Notes: generated by a model from the letters alone, not told the origin. A stretch of DNA of 54,086 nucleotides from Desulfurococcales archaeon (GCA_015521295.1 WAOL01000090.1:1-54086), one strand, 5' to 3'. Shown: positions 34,901 to 44,265, counted from the stretch's first letter. Translations and numbers: made by a program.

Positions 34901-35531
34901 GCAGGCAGTTCCCCGCATTCCCGGCTCAGTCATTAGCAAGGAGTTCTACTGTAGGAGGCCGGACGTGGTTGCCCGTGACTTACTGGGGAAGTTACTAGTC
35001 CGTGATGTTAACGGTGTTAGGCTCTCGGGAATCATTGTCGAGGTCGAGGCGTACTTCGGTTCCGAGGACCCTGCCTCGAGAGCTAGGAAAGGCGGGGACC
35101 TGAAGAGAACCCTTTACGGGGAGTGCGGCTTAGCCTTAGTGTATGGCATACACACTCATTGGATGCTTAACGTGGTTGCTCATGAGGACAATGCTGGCGG
35201 CGCCGTTCTTTTCCGTGCCATAGAGCCTGCGGAGGGTGTGGATCACATGATGAGGTTCCGTGGCTTGGGAAGCTTATCGAATGTTAAGTTACTTACATCC
35301 GGGCCGGGCAGGTTAACCCGTGCGTTACGCGTGGATAAGTCCTTCCATAAGACACCGATGTACGTTAGGAGAGCGAATGGGTTATGGGTAGAGGACGTCG
35401 GGTTACGAGTGAGTGACGATGATGTTGTGCGTGACTTCAGGGTGGGTGTGACTGAGGATTTAGATGAGCCGTTTAGGTTCTACCTAGCGTCATCTAAGTT
35501 TATCTCTGTTCGGAAGGTTAGGAAGGCTTAA
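34869..35531 (+). CDS. mpg: DNA-3-methyladenine glycosylase (MPG/AAG family)
   Basis: FYCRRPDVVARDLLGKLLV, GIIVEVEAYFGSEDPASRA, ALVYGIHTHWMLNVV, AVLFRAIEP and GPGRLTRAL match the MPG family blocks. Confidence 0.85.
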   Translation: MRWWVVSDVSRQAVPRIPGSVISKEFYCRRPDVVARDLLGKLLVRDVNGVRLSGIIVEVEAYFGSEDPASRARKGGDLKRTLYGECGLALVYGIHTHWMLNVVAHEDNAGGAVLFRAIEPAEGVDHMMRFRGLGSLSNVKLLTSGPGRLTRALRVDKSFHKTPMYVRRANGLWVEDVGLRVSDDDVVRDFRVGVTEDLDEPFRFYLASSKFISVRKVRKA

Positions 35532-35579
35532 TGACCCCGTTTCCTTAATTAACTCCTTAATCGTCTTTAATCGCGGTGC

Positions 35580-36029
35580 TTGGCACTGAGAGGGAAATTT
35601 GGCATATATGTTCCTGAGTCGCTCGCTCAGGAACTTGAGAACTGCATGAAGGCCTTAGGAATTAAAAGCAAGTCAGCTTTAGTGAGGGAGGCCCTCAAGC
35701 TATTCATAAACGAACATAAATGGAAGACGGCCGAAAACGCAGTTGGTATTATAGGTGTCATATACGATCACTCACGCAAAGGCGCTGATGAGGAGCTAAC
35801 GGACGTCCAGCATGAGTTCCTTGACCTGATAGTGTCGACACTGCATGTCCACCTAGATGAGGATCACTGCATGTTAGCCATAGTTGTGCGGGGCAGGACT
35901 GAGGAGATTAAGGAGCTCCTGGGCAGGCTCGTCAATATTCGGGGAGTCAGTATAGCGAGAACCATGTTACTAGCTGTTGAAGAAGGAGGGCACACCCACC
36001 CGCACACGCATCACCGTCGCATCAAGTGA
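35580..36029 (+). CDS. nikR: Nickel-responsive regulator NikR (RHH + ACT-like metal-binding domain) with His-rich C-terminal tail
   Basis: The RHH N-terminus is FGIYVPESLAQELENCMKALGIKSKSALVREALKLFI. TLHVHLDEDHCMLAIVVRG aligns with the E. coli NikR high-affinity site TLHVHINHDDCLEI. The tail is GGHTHPHTHHRRIK. Confidence 0.85.
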   Translation: MALRGKFGIYVPESLAQELENCMKALGIKSKSALVREALKLFINEHKWKTAENAVGIIGVIYDHSRKGADEELTDVQHEFLDLIVSTLHVHLDEDHCMLAIVVRGRTEEIKELLGRLVNIRGVSIARTMLLAVEEGGHTHPHTHHRRIK

Positions 36030-36045
36030 GGCGGGTACGACCCCG

Positions 36046-37158
36046 TTAAACGGGGCAGAAAGACAGGTTTTTAGCGAAGGGGCAGGACCCGCAGGAGGGC
36101 GTGTTGCCTAGGCAGTCATAGGTGTTCTCTAGAGTGTAGCTACAGTACTCAGCTAGTTCGCAGTCTAGGCAGGAGGGCATCTGCCCGGACCTTACGGCGA
36201 ACCTGAACCTCACGTAGTCCGGTGACCTCCAAGTGTCGAGTAAGCTCTGCCTGCGGAGGTCACCCATGACAACCCTCCTGACGTGTCTACTTACGCCGAA
36301 GAGTGTTGGGCTCCAGTCGTGGGCAAAGTACATGCAGGGAGCCACCACTCCGTCACTGCATATGTACGTGGCTCCGTAACCTATGAATGGACACAGAAAG
36401 TAGCTCCTGACGTTGAGGTATGTTGACTGTACCGATAACTTCCCATCCATCGCTTCCTTACTTACCTCGGCAATGTCCCTCAACACTTTCTCGGCGCACA
36501 TGGTGTCGCCTAAGCATGTTAAGTTCTCGACCTCCTTATTGGGTGGTATTAAGTTGCTGTAGACTAGCCTGTTAGCCATCACCTCTTTGGCCAGCAAGGA
36601 GGCCTCAACCACCTGACGGTAGTTCATCTTGGTTATTGTGAATATTATCGTTACTGCTGGTTTGGGCGAGTGCCTAGCGAACTTTAGTTCCTTAAGCCTC
36701 TTCAGTCCCTCGAGTACCTTAGTGAGTGAACCTCCTAATCTTAATTTCGAGAACGTCTTTATTTCAGGGGAATCCACACTAACATATAGGCCGTCGATTT
36801 TCATCCTTATCAGGTCGTCAGCTAATTCAGCAAGAGTTATGCCGTTCGTGCTTAGGTGTACTTCCTTAGCAACTTTCTTGGCTTGGTCAAGCATGTCGAG
36901 TATGTTGGGGTGAACCGTTGGTTCGCCCCACCCAGTTAGGGTTATTCTCTCCACGCCTCCCCAGTCACGCACCTCCCGCATTAGCCTCAGGAATAACTCG
37001 TAATCCATGTCACCCTCTGCTTCCCGCATGCTCCTTCTGAAGCAATGTACACACGATAGATTGCACTTAGTCGTTACTTCTATCACTAATATAGAAGGCT
37101 TCGAGGGAACGTACCTTACTTCCCATTCATGGAACTTGAAGGTGTTCTGAGCACTCAT
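36046..37158 (-). CDS. Radical SAM protein with C-terminal SPASM-type Cys-rich domain (Cmo/PqqE/MoaA-like maturase candidate)
   Basis: TTKCNLSCVHCF (CxxxCxxC) and TLTGWGEPTVHP. The C-terminal cysteines CMYF...CLDCELAEYCSYTLENTYDCLGNTPSCGSCPF are typical of SPASM auxiliary clusters. Confidence 0.8.
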   Translation of the reverse strand: MSAQNTFKFHEWEVRYVPSKPSILVIEVTTKCNLSCVHCFRRSMREAEGDMDYELFLRLMREVRDWGGVERITLTGWGEPTVHPNILDMLDQAKKVAKEVHLSTNGITLAELADDLIRMKIDGLYVSVDSPEIKTFSKLRLGGSLTKVLEGLKRLKELKFARHSPKPAVTIIFTITKMNYRQVVEASLLAKEVMANRLVYSNLIPPNKEVENLTCLGDTMCAEKVLRDIAEVSKEAMDGKLSVQSTYLNVRSYFLCPFIGYGATYICSDGVVAPCMYFAHDWSPTLFGVSRHVRRVVMGDLRRQSLLDTWRSPDYVRFRFAVRSGQMPSCLDCELAEYCSYTLENTYDCLGNTPSCGSCPFAKNLSFCPV

Positions 37159-37286
37159 ATGACATACCTATCATTTAATTTCTAAGTAGCCCTAAGTAAA
37201 ATACGTTGAGTTCGAATTCCTAACATCATGAGGTGAGTGCTTCCTAAAAATCCATTGAGTTTAGTGTTTCGGAAACATATGCCTAT

Positions 37287-39176
37287 TTACTCTGGTAAGA
37301 GCCTCTCTTCAGCGAGCCACTCAGCAAGCCATTTGAGACCTAGCTCCTCTAGCTTAGCTCTGGTGGGTCTCCCGTCTTTCCAGCCTCTGACCTTATAGTA
37401 CTCGTCAAGCATCTCGTTCAGCTTGACGACGTAGCCCTTGCTTGGTCCCTCAGGCATCGGCTCCTCCAGTAACCTCTTGGGTAGTGTGTCGTATTCCCTC
37501 CCGTCACCGAATGAGAGCACATTGAATGCTCTCTCAGCGTTGTAGATCCTCTCACCTACAACCTCAATGTCCTTCGCTGTGTACGGTATGCCGGTTACTG
37601 CCGAGAGCATTTCAGCGAAGTCCTCAGCCCATAGGGCGAACGTTGTGAACTTACACACGACTAGCGAGTCAACGACAGCTGACACGTCCTGGAAGTGCTT
37701 CACCATTGCTGGCTTACCTTCGGTCTTGAATCTGTCGACTAGTTGAGGTACTCCAAGCACTTCAGGCGATATCATGTAGGCCCTTAAGTGGCAGCCTCCG
37801 CGGTTGCTGGTGGCGTACGCAAGTCCATGCCCTTGAGCGCCTCTTGGGTCGTAAGCAGGTAATTCTTGGCCCCTTACGACCATCGCTATGTCTGGTACTC
37901 CGTACTTCTTCGCTAGCCTTAACGCTCCTTCCGCTAAGTCGTTGCCGATACCTGACCTGTAGGCTGTCCTCCACACTAGCTCGACGATAGCTTCGGGCGT
38001 TCCCCATTCTGCCTTTAGGCCACGTAGGGCTTCCTTCGGCACCTTACCCATCTCAACTAGCTCCATGAGCGTTCCTATCGTGTGACCCATGGATATCGTG
38101 TCTAGGCCAAGCTCATTGCAGAGGAAGTTAGCCTTGCAGATCGCCTCCAAGTTATCGGTACCCGTCTGCGCACCAAAGGCCCATATGGTCTCGTACTCGG
38201 GTCCTCCGCCCTCCCCGCTGAAGGGTGAGTTCGTTACCTTAGCATACCTTGCACACCCTATCGGGCATCCCCAGCATATTTCCTCACGCTGCTTGTTCCA
38301 GTCCACGAATTCCTTAGCTAGCCTCTCACCGCTTATCCTCTCTGCTCCTGGGAACACGCCTGTCCTGAAGTTCTTGGTCGGGAATATCCCCGCCTTGTTT
38401 ATGATGTTCACTAGCACTGCCGTACCTAGCTTAGGCAGCGCCTCGGCAGTTACTGAGTTCTTCTTTATTTTGTCCATGGCCTTAACAAGGGCGTCCCTTA
38501 ACTTACTTGGGTCGGCTACTGGCGGCTTGCCGTGACCCAGTACGGCTATTGCTTTGAGTTTCTTGGATCCCCAAACCGCTCCGTGACCTCCTCTGCCTGC
38601 CGCCCTGTTCTTGTCGTTCATTATTGAGGCTATCCTAACTAGGTTCTCTCCGGCTGGTCCTATGCATGCTACCTTGATCTTCTTGGCCTCATCCTGACCT
38701 ACCTCCGCCGCTAGCTCCTCCTGGATCGCGTCGGTTGTTGCGTGTACGTCCTTACCCCAGAGGTGCTTCGCATCCCTTATCTCTACTTTCCCATCCTTAA
38801 TCCAGAGGTATACGGGTTCCTCTGACTTATCCTCGATTATGATGGCGTCGAAGCCAGCGAACTTGAGCTCAGGCCCGAACTTGCCTCCGCTCTGGGAGTC
38901 GTGCACGGTGTTGGTAAGTGGGGACTTAGTTACTGAGGCCCACCTACCGGCTGAAGGTACCCCAGGTATACCCGTTAATGGGCCTGTAGCGACTATGGCT
39001 TTATTTGATGGGCTTAGAGGGTCAACCTTCGGGTTGACTTCCTTAAGCATCAAGTATACTCCGAGTCCTCTTCCACCGATCCAGTTCTTGAGCACCTCTT
39101 CAGGAAGTTCCTCAACACTTACTTTACTTGACCAAAGGTTAACTCTAAGTATTTTGCCTGCATAACCTCCTGGCAA
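37287..39176 (-). CDS. aor: Tungsten-type aldehyde:ferredoxin oxidoreductase (AOR family)
   Basis: N-terminus GKILRVNL...VSVEELPEEVLKNWIGGRGLGVYLM, the cluster/pterin region EICWGCPIGCARY, SNRGGCHLRAYM, and 629 aa size. Confidence 0.9.
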   Translation of the reverse strand: MPGGYAGKILRVNLWSSKVSVEELPEEVLKNWIGGRGLGVYLMLKEVNPKVDPLSPSNKAIVATGPLTGIPGVPSAGRWASVTKSPLTNTVHDSQSGGKFGPELKFAGFDAIIIEDKSEEPVYLWIKDGKVEIRDAKHLWGKDVHATTDAIQEELAAEVGQDEAKKIKVACIGPAGENLVRIASIMNDKNRAAGRGGHGAVWGSKKLKAIAVLGHGKPPVADPSKLRDALVKAMDKIKKNSVTAEALPKLGTAVLVNIINKAGIFPTKNFRTGVFPGAERISGERLAKEFVDWNKQREEICWGCPIGCARYAKVTNSPFSGEGGGPEYETIWAFGAQTGTDNLEAICKANFLCNELGLDTISMGHTIGTLMELVEMGKVPKEALRGLKAEWGTPEAIVELVWRTAYRSGIGNDLAEGALRLAKKYGVPDIAMVVRGQELPAYDPRGAQGHGLAYATSNRGGCHLRAYMISPEVLGVPQLVDRFKTEGKPAMVKHFQDVSAVVDSLVVCKFTTFALWAEDFAEMLSAVTGIPYTAKDIEVVGERIYNAERAFNVLSFGDGREYDTLPKRLLEEPMPEGPSKGYVVKLNEMLDEYYKVRGWKDGRPTRAKLEELGLKWLAEWLAEERLLPE

Positions 39177-39344
39177 GAAGTGTACACCTCTTTACACTAT
39201 ATGTTTTGAAGAATTATTAATTTTCAGTAATGCGAAACTGATTAACATTTTACTTGAGGTTGTCAATCGAATTCATTAAACAACCAGTCAGGTTTAAAGC
39301 ACCATTCGTGAATAATATAGTAGCTCCCCAAGCCCTCATCACAG

Positions 39345-39785
39345 GTGTTAGGATTGCCTGGAAGATACGGTGACACGTACTTCACGGAAACACAGGTTAA
39401 GGTACTTGAAATGTACTTCAGCGGGATGAAGGTTGACGAGATAGCTAAGAAACTCGGTAAGTCTAGGGCAGACATATACTTAATACTCAGGAGAGCTAAG
39501 AACGTCGTTAAGCGATGCTCTAAAACGCTGGAGGTCTACGCTTCAGTTAGGGGGTTTATTGACGTGGAGCTTGAGGCAGGGAAGGACGTGTTATCAGCTA
39601 TTGACACCGTACTGAGGGCGGCGGATGCGCATAACATTAAGTTATCGGAGACCTCAGCCCAGCTACTGATGTCCTTACTCAAAACCGCTGAAGCCTGCGG
39701 CAATATTGAGGGTCTCTCCCTTAAGCGCCCGGTTAAAGCGAGAATAAGAAAGGAGGGTAAGGTTCTCTTCAAGTGTGTTACGTAG
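39345..39785 (+). CDS. tfx: Tfx-family DNA-binding protein
   Basis: YFTETQVKVLEMYFSGMKVDEIAKKLGKSRADIYLILRRAKNVVKR is a sigma70-r4/LuxR-like HTH. It is followed by the Tfx C-terminal region (VELEAGKDVLSAIDTVLRAADAHNIKL). Size ~146 aa. Confidence 0.7.
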   Translation: MLGLPGRYGDTYFTETQVKVLEMYFSGMKVDEIAKKLGKSRADIYLILRRAKNVVKRCSKTLEVYASVRGFIDVELEAGKDVLSAIDTVLRAADAHNIKLSETSAQLLMSLLKTAEACGNIEGLSLKRPVKARIRKEGKVLFKCVT

Positions 39786-39811
39786 TGCAGGTTGCTCCGT
39801 CGCTACGCCTC

Positions 39812-40771
39812 CTACCAAGTCACCCTGCTTATCCTTAGGTTTCGGCTTGCCTCCTCAAGCGTTAACCAGTCCTCAATGCTTAAGTACCAGTTCTCGCCAG
39901 CTACGGCGTTGTCTTCAACTTGCTTCTCGTTCTTCGCGCCCGGTATCACTATGACCGTGTCAGAGGCTTGAATTAACCACTTCAACGCCACCTGGGCCGG
40001 TGTCCTCCCGTACTTCCTCGATATTTCGAGGAGCTTCTTTACTAGGGTGTTATAAATGGTGTTGAAGTTCTCAGGGTGGAATAGCGGGTCGTTCTGCCTT
40101 ATGTCGGTGAATATGGGGAGATTATCAGGTGTGTACTTCCCTGTTAGGATCCCCTTGGCTAGGGGCGACCACGCTATTATTGAGAGTCCCTCAGCTTCCG
40201 CATAAGGTATTATCTCCTTCTCCGCATCCCGCTCTATCAGGTTGTACCTGACCTGATTGCTTACTACGTCCTCCCTAGCTAAGCACGCCCTAGCTGAGTC
40301 AAGTAGTTCCGGGGCGAAATTACTTACACCTATGGCCTTAATCAAACCTAGGTTAACCAACTTCTCTAACGCGCGCATGTACTCGCACGTCGGTATGTTA
40401 TGCCAGGCTGGCGGCCAGTGGACCTGCATTAAGTCTATTGAGTCGACGCCTAACCTCCTAAGCGATCTTCGAGTAGCCTTAAACACGTCCCCGTATGCTA
40501 GGAACTCACCCGGTATCTTAGTCGCGATCACGAAGTGCTCTCTAGCACCTAGCTCCCTGATTGCACGTCCTACGAACTCCTCGCTCAAACCCTGCCCGTA
40601 AACTATGGCTGTATCTATGAAGTTTATTCCGGCTTCCAACGCCTTAGCAATTATCTTCTTAGCTGTGGCATAGTCCTTAACACCCCAAGCATCACTAAAT
40701 TGCCATGTACCTAACCCGACCACAGTAACCTTAATCCCGGATGAACCGAGTTCACGCTTCTCTAGTGCCAT
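39812..40771 (-). CDS. Aldo/keto reductase
   Basis: LGTWQF, GINFIDTAIVYGQGLSEEFVG, IDLMQVHWP, IKAIGVSNF and IIAWSPLAKGILTGKY are canonical AKR blocks. Confidence 0.9.
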   Translation of the reverse strand: MALEKRELGSSGIKVTVVGLGTWQFSDAWGVKDYATAKKIIAKALEAGINFIDTAIVYGQGLSEEFVGRAIRELGAREHFVIATKIPGEFLAYGDVFKATRRSLRRLGVDSIDLMQVHWPPAWHNIPTCEYMRALEKLVNLGLIKAIGVSNFAPELLDSARACLAREDVVSNQVRYNLIERDAEKEIIPYAEAEGLSIIAWSPLAKGILTGKYTPDNLPIFTDIRQNDPLFHPENFNTIYNTLVKKLLEISRKYGRTPAQVALKWLIQASDTVIVIPGAKNEKQVEDNAVAGENWYLSIEDWLTLEEASRNLRISRVTW

Positions 40772-40840
40772 CAGAATAACCCTGTTATGCTTAGTGCCGA
40801 AGGTAAAAACACTTTACGTGATCAGTGCCCTCCTTAATGA

Positions 40841-41101
40841 TTGACTCGTCCCGCGTTTTACGCTGACTGTAAAAACCAGCTATCTTTAATCCTCAATACC
40901 CAAGTAAACCAGGTGAATATAGAGTTGTGTCGCAAGGATGTAAAGCAAGAAGAGAGCGTACTTAAGCAAGTCATGAATGGCCAAGAATTCGAGGAACTCG
41001 TCAACTACATAATTAATGAAGCAAACATACCTCGCGAATACGTTATCAAGGTCCTCTTTTACGAACGCATGTTTTACCTGAGGAACACTGCGGAAGGCTA
41101 A
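40841..41101 (+). CDS. Orphan small ORF, hypothetical (weak)
   Basis: This is the only ORF in a 390 nt gap between two minus-strand genes. An internal ATG would give a 42-aa product, MNGQEFEELVNYIINEANIPREYVIKVLFYERMFYLRNTAEG. No family recognised. Confidence 0.2.
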   Translation: MTRPAFYADCKNQLSLILNTQVNQVNIELCRKDVKQEESVLKQVMNGQEFEELVNYIINEANIPREYVIKVLFYERMFYLRNTAEG

Positions 41102-41160
41102 CAGAACCGCATAAAGAGTTAATAATAAGTGAGATCATGTATCCCTCTGAGCTACTTAGA

Positions 41161-43653
41161 TTAGTTCTCTCGTTGAACCACGTATTTCAGTGCTTCAAAC
41201 GACTCAACCATATTTCTGATGCGTTCCTCGCTAGTAGCTTCAGGATAGAGTTCTTGAGAGCACTTGCTCAACACCTCTCTAGCCTTGTCCTGACCTTGCT
41301 TAAAGTACGTTATGATAGTATCTAATGCACACAGGGCACCCTTGTGTTCGACGCAAGCCGGGCGTACTGACTCTGTTAGTTGATTGGCGTCTTCCTCCCT
41401 ACTAGTGGCGTAGAACGCGTACGTTACCAATGGGACTGCGTTACAGTAAAAGAACATCCTACCCAGCTCCAGCATCTCGGCAAGCACCTCAGGACCTGTT
41501 TGAGCTACTTCCTCAATCTTGCCCACACCAGTTAGGCCAATTATGAGTGCGTACCCTAATTGCGTAGCTAAGCCTCGTACCTTAAGTAACTTGAGGTCTC
41601 TTCGGATCTGCTTGAGCATCACGATGCTTTCTTCAAGCTTACCCATTAGCCCCTTAACTATGGCTACATGGGAGAGGGACAGCATGTGCTGGATCGGGTC
41701 ATTGAGCATACTGGCCATCTCTGCCTCTTTCAGCACGTACTCGTAGGCTTTATCCAGCTCCTCCCGGAATACATAGACCTTAGTTAAGTTTGAGTAGGCG
41801 GAATGCAATGCATGCGGTCTTAGTTCGCTGTCCTCCACGCGTAGAGCCTTATCCAGAGCTTGTAAGGCCCTTCTCAAGCTCTCCTCCGAGTCACCTAGGT
41901 CTACTAGTACGCTACTTATGACGGAATTCGCGTATGATAGTAGGAAGTTGTTCCTCAGTAACTCACCTATCCGGACAGCTCTCTTGAGGCGCTCAAGACC
42001 CTCCTTAAGCTTGCCTAAGTTGACAAGCACCATGCCGAGTTCTAGGTTGAGGTAGCCCAATAGTTCAGGGTTCCTAGCGAATCTATCGATCTCCAGCAGT
42101 ATCTTCCTGTAGCTTTCCAGTATCTCGAGTAGCCTATACTTTATTCTGAGTAACCGATGCCTTAACGCGGCGAGACATCTTCCCTCATCACCTGCCTTCA
42201 CGTAGTAGCGCAGTGCTTTAATGAAGAGTTCGACATTATCTGGTGACTTTAGGTACGTGTCACCTACCTTGATGTAATATGCTGGGTTGACATGCCTTAA
42301 TTTCATCACGCTCCTAACCCAGTCCTTCAACCTAAACCCTGGCCCGATCTCCTCAGCCATCCCCTTATCCACTAAGGAGTAAAGCGCCCTTACCGTCCCC
42401 TTCATTCCGACCATTTCAGCTATTAACTCAGGGGACAGTGCCTCATCGAAGTGCGCTAGAACCCTTAGCGCCCCTCTCTCGGTGGGGGTTAGCGAGGAAT
42501 AGATCCTCATCCAGAAAGCATTCACTATCGCACCACTACGTAACGCATTAAGCGCCTCCTCCAGTCCTCTCTCCCTAACTAAGGTTGCGAATGCCTCCAC
42601 TAACGCAGGTATTCCCTGCGTAGCCACATGAACCTCCACGGCTACCTTATTATCCGTGACTACATCGTAACCCCGAAGCAGGTCCTTAACCTCACGGAAT
42701 TTCAGCCCCCTCAATTCAATGCTTTTCGGAGGCCTTGATAAGGTCATTAATTCCTGCGGCGTTACCCTAGAGATCACTATGAGTTGGGAAGCGTTTATCC
42801 TCACAGCAATTACGGGTAAGAGTAACTTGACTTTCCCGTCATCACACTTGTGGTAATCATCAAGCACAAGTATAATGCTGGTCCTATCCATTCCCTCGAC
42901 TAGGAGACGTGCTAGAAGGTCATTATTGCGTTCTCCCCTCCGTAACGCGTCAATCAGCGCTACATAGCCTCTCCTTTCAAGGGCTGACGCCACATGCCTT
43001 AGGAAAGAGTAGTAGTCCTCAAGCCCGGTAAATTCGTACCACACAACTTTATCCGTTAACCCGTACCTATGTACATACTCGGTCACGAGTGAAGTCTTCC
43101 CAACGCCGGAAACGCCGGTAACGATGATCGTGCCCGGCCAGCTCTCATGTAGTGTTTTAAGATCCTTTTCCCTTCCAACAAATATCATGAGCCTTGGGGG
43201 TGGAGCATCGTAGGATAGTGTTAGTGCCTTGCCTACCCTCTCACTGCATTCTTCCTTGCTTTTACTCAGATCCTTAAAAAGTACTTTGGGTAAGGGATAA
43301 GTAGCTACCAGCGTGAGTGCTTTCTTAGATAGTCTGTACACCTTCAGGTTCCTATCACCGGAGCGAACCCAGGAGTACTTCACTAGCCTCCATTCCTTGA
43401 GCCTCTTCAGTTTCCTTGAAACCACGGATTCATCCACGCCTATGGCCTCAGCTATTTGCCGCGGGCTTAGCTCGCCAGTCGATAGCACGCTGATAATCTT
43501 GAGGACAACCCTACTTGACAATAACTTCAGTAGAGCGGAAACCTCTTCCAGACCTTCCACGGCTTCGGTGCCGTCAGAGGCCACGAACCTTACACCATCC
43601 CGAGATATACCGTCTTTAATGTTTACTTGTTTCTTGTTTTTAAAGTTTAACAA
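41161..43653 (-). CDS. STAND-like signal-transduction ATPase: N-terminal ArsR-type wHTH, archaeal AAA/NTPase domain and C-terminal TPR-like helical repeats
   Basis: wHTH: LKIISVLSTGELSPRQIAEAIGVDESVVSRKLKRLKEWRLVKY. Walker A is VTGVSGVGKTSLV and Walker B is ILVLDDYHKCDD. About 400 aa of helical repeat sequence follows (e.g. GYLNLELGMVLVNLGKLKEGLERLKRAV). Confidence 0.7.
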   Translation of the reverse strand: MLNFKNKKQVNIKDGISRDGVRFVASDGTEAVEGLEEVSALLKLLSSRVVLKIISVLSTGELSPRQIAEAIGVDESVVSRKLKRLKEWRLVKYSWVRSGDRNLKVYRLSKKALTLVATYPLPKVLFKDLSKSKEECSERVGKALTLSYDAPPPRLMIFVGREKDLKTLHESWPGTIIVTGVSGVGKTSLVTEYVHRYGLTDKVVWYEFTGLEDYYSFLRHVASALERRGYVALIDALRRGERNNDLLARLLVEGMDRTSIILVLDDYHKCDDGKVKLLLPVIAVRINASQLIVISRVTPQELMTLSRPPKSIELRGLKFREVKDLLRGYDVVTDNKVAVEVHVATQGIPALVEAFATLVRERGLEEALNALRSGAIVNAFWMRIYSSLTPTERGALRVLAHFDEALSPELIAEMVGMKGTVRALYSLVDKGMAEEIGPGFRLKDWVRSVMKLRHVNPAYYIKVGDTYLKSPDNVELFIKALRYYVKAGDEGRCLAALRHRLLRIKYRLLEILESYRKILLEIDRFARNPELLGYLNLELGMVLVNLGKLKEGLERLKRAVRIGELLRNNFLLSYANSVISSVLVDLGDSEESLRRALQALDKALRVEDSELRPHALHSAYSNLTKVYVFREELDKAYEYVLKEAEMASMLNDPIQHMLSLSHVAIVKGLMGKLEESIVMLKQIRRDLKLLKVRGLATQLGYALIIGLTGVGKIEEVAQTGPEVLAEMLELGRMFFYCNAVPLVTYAFYATSREEDANQLTESVRPACVEHKGALCALDTIITYFKQGQDKAREVLSKCSQELYPEATSEERIRNMVESFEALKYVVQREN

Positions 43654-43791
43654 TAAAACTTCGATTTACTTCTCAACGAGCGTCAAGCACCACACTACCT
43701 ATGTACTTCTTCCTAAGTACTTTCTTTTATTGAGTTGACGTATCGTTTAGAGTAAAAATTCCGTAAACAATGGGAGAACGAAGAAACTACT

Positions 43792-44265
43792 TTAGACTTT
43801 CTTCTTATTAACATTAATGACTACCTTGGTTGTGTCGACCAACGTGTCCTCTATCGGGCAGTGCTTCTCAACGAACTCCATAAGCTTCTTTAGATCCTCC
43901 TCACTTGCGTCTGGCGCGTCGACAGTTACCTTCACTCTAATTTCCTGAAAGCCTGGCTTAACATCCTGACCTGCAAATCCTCTGGGGTCGTAATCACCTT
44001 CAACTTCTATCTCCATGCCCTTTATCTCTATTCCAAACTTACCGCTATGAAAGCGCGCGACTATGCCTATGCACCCAGCTAGCGATGCAAGCAGGAGCTC
44101 TGGTGGTAACGGACCGGCATCCTTACCTCCCGCGAACTCAGGTAGGTCCTGAATTATTACATGCTTGCGGGCTTTCGTGACAACCTTGAAGCCTTCTTCG
44201 AGGGTTGAGGTCACCCTTACCGTTTTAAGGTTTTTTTCGTGGATCTCAGGCAAGAATATCCCCAA
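43792..44265 (-). CDS. osmC: OsmC/Ohr family peroxiredoxin-like protein
   Basis: GPLPPELLLASLAGCIGIV and the C-terminal HCPIEDTL are characteristic OsmC blocks with the two conserved Cys. Confidence 0.85.
   Translation of the reverse strand: MGIFLPEIHEKNLKTVRVTSTLEEGFKVVTKARKHVIIQDLPEFAGGKDAGPLPPELLLASLAGCIGIVARFHSGKFGIEIKGMEIEVEGDYDPRGFAGQDVKPGFQEIRVKVTVDAPDASEEDLKKLMEFVEKHCPIEDTLVDTTKVVINVNKKKV

Noticed and set aside
40812-40874. Possible C/D-box sRNA: terminal stem TTTAC/GTAAA, C-like box GTGATCA, D box CTGA.
   Set aside because: The C box deviates at a conserved position (GUGAUCA versus RUGAUGA). No convincing D'/C' pair is present, and the spacing to the D box (18 nt from the TGATTGA element) does not fit the ~12-nt guide rule. 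I leave it as unproven.
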